Virus record (IMG/VR): IMGVR_UViG_3300008259_000237
Location: 5,138 to 69,137 of that record
From: a virus
Direction: 5' to 3' (one strand)
DNA length: 64,000 nucleotides
A program made the translations under genes and the position numbers. Below the pieces are notes generated by a model. It ran no database searches. It was not told where the DNA came from and saw only the letters and a list, made by a program, of their open reading frames with translations. This document shows, in pieces, positions 58,659 to 64,000 of this stretch; position 1 is the stretch's first letter, and every line of letters begins with the position of its first letter.

Positions 58659-59780
58659 ATGAAAAGATTAGAAAATAGAGCCAATTTTTTAACTAAAAAA
58701 ATACAAGAACAAGACAGTCGTCAAAGTCAAACTTTAATTTTGACTGAGATGAAAAAAATAGGTATCGAAAAATTACCCTACTCTTATTCAGCTTTAAAAA
58801 AATTCATAGATTCAAAAACTATGGATGTTCATTACAACAAACACTACAAAGGTTATGTTGAGAAGTTAAACAAAGCTTTAAAGAAAAAAGATTATGGTGA
58901 TTTAGAGTTAGAACAAATCGTTAAGTCAATTAATCGTTTTGATACCACAATTAGAAATAACGCCGGTGGTGCTTTTAATCACGCATTATTTTGGAAAATG
59001 TTATCTCCTAAAAAACAAAACCCATCAGGTGAACTATTAGAAAAAATCAAAAAAGATTTTGGTAGTTATGAAAAGTTTAAAAAAGAATTTGAACAAGTAT
59101 CGAAAGATAGATTTGGCTCTGGTTGGGCTTGGTTAATTTTAACAAAAACAAACAAACTTAAAATAATATCAACCCCAAACCAAGATAACCCACTTATGTT
59201 ATCTAACAAAGAAGGTGGATATCCTATACTAGGATTAGATTTATGGGAACATGCTTATTATCTGAAATATCAAAACAAAAGAGATGAGTACATTCAAAAC
59301 TTTTGGGATGTGGTTAATTGGAAATTTGTGAATGACCTTTTTGAGATGAAATCTAAAACAAAACTCAAAGAGAATTTAATTTTGAAAAATGTCTTAAAGG
59401 AAACCAATTTTGACGATACTAAGGAATCGATAAGATTCATATTTAACATGAACCCTAAAGTAAAATCGATTTTCAAAGAATCTATTAATTCTATATTTGA
59501 AAATGTTATAACTGAAAATTATAGTCGTAAGTCATTTATTAATAAGTTACAAACAAACCCATTGGCGTTTTCAGTATTACTTGAACATACAAATAACTTA
59601 CTTGAAAAAGAAAACAAAGAAAAGATAGAAATAATTGGGGTTCCAATTACAAAACAAATAAACGAAACAATAAGATTCGTTTTATTTTTAGAGAATAACA
59701 AGTCGAGATTTTTTAACACCAACTCAAGTGTGTTTAAAAAATTGTTGTCAATTATAGAATCATATAATCAAAAGATATAA
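58659..59780 (+). CDS. Fe/Mn superoxide dismutase with N- and C-terminal extensions
   Basis: LPYSYSAL, HYNKHYKGY, NNAGGAFNHALFW, FGSGWAWL and DLWEHAYY; metal ligands are intact. Confidence 0.93.
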   Translation: MKRLENRANFLTKKIQEQDSRQSQTLILTEMKKIGIEKLPYSYSALKKFIDSKTMDVHYNKHYKGYVEKLNKALKKKDYGDLELEQIVKSINRFDTTIRNNAGGAFNHALFWKMLSPKKQNPSGELLEKIKKDFGSYEKFKKEFEQVSKDRFGSGWAWLILTKTNKLKIISTPNQDNPLMLSNKEGGYPILGLDLWEHAYYLKYQNKRDEYIQNFWDVVNWKFVNDLFEMKSKTKLKENLILKNVLKETNFDDTKESIRFIFNMNPKVKSIFKESINSIFENVITENYSRKSFINKLQTNPLAFSVLLEHTNNLLEKENKEKIEIIGVPITKQINETIRFVLFLENNKSRFFNTNSSVFKKLLSIIESYNQKI

Positions 59781-59788
59781 TGATTTGA

Positions 59789-59796
59789 TATTTATA
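59789..59796 (+). promoter_or_regulatory. Putative late promoter motif TATTTATA upstream of the neck gene
   Basis: Motif orientation flips with gene strand. Confidence 0.6.
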
Positions 59797-59810
59797 TATA
59801 AAACACTATC

Positions 59811-60932
59811 ATGGCAGTAATTGCAGAACCAGAAAGAAGTGAGTTATATACAAGATTGAGACACTTATTGGGGGCTCCTTTGCGTAGCGTTGAATTGGAA
59901 GACGAACAATTAGATTCGTTATTACAATTATCTATTGATGATTATTCACAATACATTCAGGATTGGTTGATTGAAAGTCAGTGGACTTCTCTATATAATC
60001 TTAACCTTGATGAACAATCTCTCAGTAAAGCGTTCATAACTAAAAGTATGAACTATGAAGAGAGATATACTTACGCTTATTCCAAAATAGTTGGACTGCA
60101 AACAGGTGGGGATTGGGTTCTTAAAAAGGACTATATTCAACTATCGCCTGGTCAACAAATATATGAAATTCCCGCAGGTCGTGAACTTAATGAATTATTG
60201 TGGTTTACTCCGGCAGAATTAAACAATCTTTTATTTGACCCTTGGACTTTTGGAGCACTAGGAGGTGCCGGATTAGGAGGCCCTGCAGGATATTCTCAAA
60301 TGGGGTATTCTGGTTCATATTTTATGATGCCGGCATTTGATATGTTGTTAAGGATGCAAGAAATCAACATCCAAAGAAGAATTATTGCGGGAGATTTAAC
60401 ATATAGAGTTACGGCATTACCAGGTGGTAAAAAGGCGGTTCACTTAATGCAAACACCTGGTGGTAAATTTGACTTTGGTAATTCAACATTGATGAGAGGT
60501 AAAGTATGGTATTGGTATTACGATGTTGACGGTCCTGATAGAGATAAGTGTTTAAAGGATAATCCTGATATCATTAAATTACCATCTGATGTCCCATTTA
60601 ACAAAATTAATTGGGTCGATTTAAATAATCCCGCTCAGGTTTGGGTTCGTCGTTGGTTCTTCGCTTACGCCAAAGAAACTCTATCACGAGTTCGTGGTAA
60701 GTTTAGTGGTAATATCAAAACACCGGATTCTGAATTAACTATGGACTATCAATCCTTAGCCACTGAGGCAAAAGATGAAAAAACAAAATTGATTGAGGAA
60801 TTAACCGGGGCTGAAGGTCGTTTAACAAGATTGAAACCTGAAAAGGTATTAGAGCGTGAAGCATTAATTGCTGAAAATCTTAATAAGATTAAGAAACTTA
60901 CAGCAATGCCAAGACAAATTTATGTTATCTAA
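59811..60932 (+). CDS. Neck / head-tail adaptor (T4 gp13-like)
   Basis: LGAPLRSVELEDEQLD and WVRRW..A.AKE.L..VRGKF motifs. Confidence 0.8.
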   Translation: MAVIAEPERSELYTRLRHLLGAPLRSVELEDEQLDSLLQLSIDDYSQYIQDWLIESQWTSLYNLNLDEQSLSKAFITKSMNYEERYTYAYSKIVGLQTGGDWVLKKDYIQLSPGQQIYEIPAGRELNELLWFTPAELNNLLFDPWTFGALGGAGLGGPAGYSQMGYSGSYFMMPAFDMLLRMQEINIQRRIIAGDLTYRVTALPGGKKAVHLMQTPGGKFDFGNSTLMRGKVWYWYYDVDGPDRDKCLKDNPDIIKLPSDVPFNKINWVDLNNPAQVWVRRWFFAYAKETLSRVRGKFSGNIKTPDSELTMDYQSLATEAKDEKTKLIEELTGAEGRLTRLKPEKVLEREALIAENLNKIKKLTAMPRQIYVI

Positions 60933-60934
60933 TT

Positions 60935-61282
60935 ATGCAAAAAGCGAATATTATTAGAAAGATTGTTGGTGAGAAAACCTCCTACATCGAAAAAAAAGAT
61001 AAAGAGTTAATTGTTAAAACACTCACCGAATCGTCATACACCACAAATGGTGAAAATATTATTTTGGTAAAAGGTGTTGAAAATTGTGAACTAACTCTAA
61101 ATCTATCAACCACAACTCACATCATAATAAAATCATTAACCAATACTTTGTTAAAAACAAATCAAGGTTTAATTGATGAGTATTATGAAGAAATCGTAAT
61201 GAAGAAAGGTGCCTGTGTTGAATTAATCAGCATCGGTGACAACTGGTATATCCTCTCTTCCGATGGACTCAAAATTGATTAA
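60935..61282 (+). CDS. Hypothetical beta-rich protein
   Basis: 115-aa ORF directly after the neck gene; its 3' end overlaps the polymerase 3' end by 60 nt. Confidence 0.6.
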   Translation: MQKANIIRKIVGEKTSYIEKKDKELIVKTLTESSYTTNGENIILVKGVENCELTLNLSTTTHIIIKSLTNTLLKTNQGLIDEYYEEIVMKKGACVELISIGDNWYILSSDGLKID

Positions 61283-64000
61283 TTTATCTTTCCAACCCTC
61301 ATCGGCCAACTCATACATGTAGTCAGGATGTAATCCTCGTTTTTCCCAATATCTCATTTCAGGTTCAGATATTGTCAAAACCTCCTCCAATGTATCTTGG
61401 TCTCCCTTTTCAAATGGTAAACCATTAATCAATTCTGATTGGTCTTTGGTAAAGAACATTCTATCCTCAGGATTATCAACAATCAAACCGTCACGAACTT
61501 CCTGTTTGAATACCACAAGTAGTGGCTCAATTCGTTTGTTAAATGTTGCAATTGCTCTCGGTACATTGTAGTCACCAGTCATTTCAGGATTGTTTTCCAA
61601 ATCTGATGGCTCAATTCTATAACAGTTTAGTTGTATGATTGAATTAATACTATCATTTAATGGTTTACCAAATTCTTTTAAATGTTGTTCTTTTGTCTCC
61701 TCTGACCAACCCTTTTTTGGTTTGTTAACTTTCTGAACATCTCCGTGTGAAGCCTTAATACCGTTGTTAACATAGTAAATTACATCACCAAGATTGACTG
61801 CCACATTATCACGAATTGCAAGTTCCATATGCGCCATTCTCGACATTTCATTACCCGCCTTTGTTTTTTCCTTTGAGCGTTTTCTATAATCATCAATTGA
61901 TAATTTAACCTTCGCTCTTTGGGCTATTTTCATAAGTGGTATTTGTTTGTCGTAGATTTTTTGAACATACTCATAGTACCACTCAATAAACTCCTGACCC
62001 TTACCCTCAAGTAATTGTTTAACTCCTTTATCCAAAAAGTCCTCAATATAAAGTGGGAGTTTCTTTGACTTAATTGTGTTACCCGTGAGTTTAATCTTAC
62101 CCTTGGCATCCATAACCGCATAATTCTTACGAGCGAGATTAATACAAGATGGCCAAGTTCCGTCAGTATCTAATGCCATTTCACCTCTCATGAATGTGTC
62201 GTTAAACTCGGCAACATCCGCGTCATCTCCACGATATTCTTTACCCTCCTTAACTTTCCAGTTTAAACCCTTACCAATGTAAACTCTGTCTTCTACACCA
62301 TCAGGTTTTGAAAAGTTTACACCATCCGTGTCCATTACAAGTGGGGTATAACCTTTCTTCATAAAGAACTTAATCATCATACGAAGATACTGTCTGCCTG
62401 TACAAGTGATTTGTTCTCCCATATACATATCACCCCACGCGAATACTTGCGGAGCAGATAGAGCACCGAACATTGAGTTGATGAAAATCTTAATTGGTAA
62501 CTGTTTACGGTCATATTTTAGAGATGTCTTTTTATCTTTATCATACCACTCTGCCGCCAAGTTCTTGTACATAATACGAGAATTACGGAAGTAAGATAAC
62601 ATACCCTTCATTGCCCCTGTAATATCACAATCAGGAAACACATCGTGAACAAGTTGGATTGAGGGATAAAGTGACGAGTAGTCAAGTTTCAATACTTTTG
62701 TGGAATATCCAACCTTTAAGAGTCGTGACAATCCACCAACAAAATCTGTCTTCGATTGTTTCTTTGGAATTGCAAGTTTGTGTTTATAACTCCACGCAAG
62801 CATCAACATTTTCCAAAGTGTCGCAGTACCCATAGTAGATACCCTCTCATAAGTCGTTGGTACAAGAGACGCAAGTAGGAATGTACCCTGATTAAATTCT
62901 TCATCAACAAGTAAAGTTTCCTCCAAGTCATCGTCGAGATATCTCTCTACAATATCATCGCCTGTTGTCTTAATGTATGTACCAGGAAATCTTGTATCTA
63001 AATCATTAAATTCAGGATTGTTGGCTTTTTTGTATTTTCCGTTTTTTATGTTTAACCAATATTCTTCCTTTTTGGCATACATCGGGCCAATCTCGGTGTG
63101 GTCAATATAAACTCGGTCTTCGGATTCTGCGTCAATATATTGGGTGATATACTTCAAACCCGCTGATTTAATACTTGAATTAATAGCTTGGGCTCTACGG
63201 ACCGAGTGAATAATGTCAATTACATTATACCCCCACATACCAACCTGATTGTATCTTTCAACTTCGTTGGCAAGTTTAAGTAAGTTCTCACTTTCCTTAA
63301 TTGTATGTTTTGGGTTAAGTGTTTTACAAATTCGTTTAATATCAAGATTAAGAGCCTTACATCTCTCAAATATCCAATACCAGTCGAAGTTCGCAGAATT
63401 GTAACCGCCCAAAATACTTGGCTTTAATTCATCTATGATGTTGAAGAATTCTACGAGTCCTCGTCTCTCCTCGTCTTCATTAGAACACTCAATTACTTTT
63501 TGGTATCCTTTGTTTGTCTTGATACCTATCATGAAGATACGACCGTCTTTTGGTTCTAGTGCGGTCGTTTCTAAGTCGAATACAAACCTAGTGATGTCAT
63601 TGTATTCGTCATATCCTTTAAATAATCGTTTTTCCCTTGATATAAGATATTGTTCGGTTGGAGGTAAAATCATAATTAGGTCTTTTGTTCTTTCTCCCCA
63701 AGGGTCAACTCCACCATCACGGAAGAATTGAATTAAAGAACGATATCCCTTTAAGGATTTAACCATATACTTTAGTCCTTCCTCCATTCGTTCGTTGTCT
63801 CCTGTCTCAAGTTTATCAATCATAATTCCATACTTAGACATCGCTTCTTTCTGTAAAGCCTTTGATGATTGATAAAAATTTAAACCTCTCAGGTCTCCTA
63901 CCCACGCAAATGCAACAAATGTGTCTTTTTTGATTTCCTTACCTTTACCAGGTACTTCTTTGATTTTGTATATAGAATCTGAAACATAATCAAATTCTAT
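61223..64000 (-). CDS. DNA polymerase family B (5' end outside the window)
   Basis: Exonuclease motifs FDLET, GYNSANFD and YLDDD; polymerase motifs DYSSLYPS, K...NSMFG, MDTDG and KNY. The frame stays open from 63841 to the window edge. Confidence 0.96.
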   Translation of the reverse strand: MEFDYVSDSIYKIKEVPGKGKEIKKDTFVAFAWVGDLRGLNFYQSSKALQKEAMSKYGIMIDKLETGDNERMEEGLKYMVKSLKGYRSLIQFFRDGGVDPWGERTKDLIMILPPTEQYLISREKRLFKGYDEYNDITRFVFDLETTALEPKDGRIFMIGIKTNKGYQKVIECSNEDEERRGLVEFFNIIDELKPSILGGYNSANFDWYWIFERCKALNLDIKRICKTLNPKHTIKESENLLKLANEVERYNQVGMWGYNVIDIIHSVRRAQAINSSIKSAGLKYITQYIDAESEDRVYIDHTEIGPMYAKKEEYWLNIKNGKYKKANNPEFNDLDTRFPGTYIKTTGDDIVERYLDDDLEETLLVDEEFNQGTFLLASLVPTTYERVSTMGTATLWKMLMLAWSYKHKLAIPKKQSKTDFVGGLSRLLKVGYSTKVLKLDYSSLYPSIQLVHDVFPDCDITGAMKGMLSYFRNSRIMYKNLAAEWYDKDKKTSLKYDRKQLPIKIFINSMFGALSAPQVFAWGDMYMGEQITCTGRQYLRMMIKFFMKKGYTPLVMDTDGVNFSKPDGVEDRVYIGKGLNWKVKEGKEYRGDDADVAEFNDTFMRGEMALDTDGTWPSCINLARKNYAVMDAKGKIKLTGNTIKSKKLPLYIEDFLDKGVKQLLEGKGQEFIEWYYEYVQKIYDKQIPLMKIAQRAKVKLSIDDYRKRSKEKTKAGNEMSRMAHMELAIRDNVAVNLGDVIYYVNNGIKASHGDVQKVNKPKKGWSEETKEQHLKEFGKPLNDSINSIIQLNCYRIEPSDLENNPEMTGDYNVPRAIATFNKRIEPLLVVFKQEVRDGLIVDNPEDRMFFTKDQSELINGLPFEKGDQDTLEEVLTISEPEMRYWEKRGLHPDYMYELADEGWKDKLINFESIGREDIPVVTDAD

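Noticed and set aside
219-63731. Many 60-115 aa ORFs antisense to or nested in long genes (e.g. 12062..12409, 20559..20900, 33813..34154, 63435..63731)
   Set aside because: Shadow ORFs of real genes, with no motifs or independent expression signals.
1-64000. Stop-codon reassignment as the cause of broken genes
   Set aside because: Standard code gives very long ORFs with TAA, TAG and TGA all used as stops, and the breaks are frame changes or missing sequence rather than in-frame stops.

Overview
A dense, AT-rich segment of a large contractile-tailed (myovirus-type, distantly T4-like) dsDNA phage. A Bacteroidota host is inferred from SprB-type repeats, a Bacteroidota/eukaryote-like class Ia RNR and leaders without Shine-Dalgarno sequences. 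The minus strand carries neck, sheath, tube, chaperone, tape-measure, hub, baseplate and fibre genes, interrupted by a replication block (SSB, RecA/UvsX, 5'-3' exonuclease, DnaB helicase, nrdB, nrdA). At the right end are an SNF2 helicase, a superoxide dismutase and a neck protein on the plus strand, then a family B DNA polymerase on the minus strand running off the window. No tRNA, rRNA, CRISPR array or mobile element was seen. Main observations: (1) up to six genes (RecA, exonuclease, sheath, baseplate wedge, two fibre/baseplate genes) each seem to lack a short segment at a sharp junction while the rest is intact; removed scaffold gaps are the most likely cause, but this needs checking; (2) a candidate +1/-2 programmed frameshift at TTT TTT CGC in the tail chaperone; (3) a recurring sense-strand TATTTAT motif before late genes, the inverse of the T4 late promoter; (4) apparent GATC avoidance; (5) SOD, a HAD phosphatase and microproteins with leaders suggesting packaging into the head; (6) SprB-repeat, OmpA-like and transmembrane modules in putative virion proteins. 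All protein assignments come from motif recognition by eye, not database searches.
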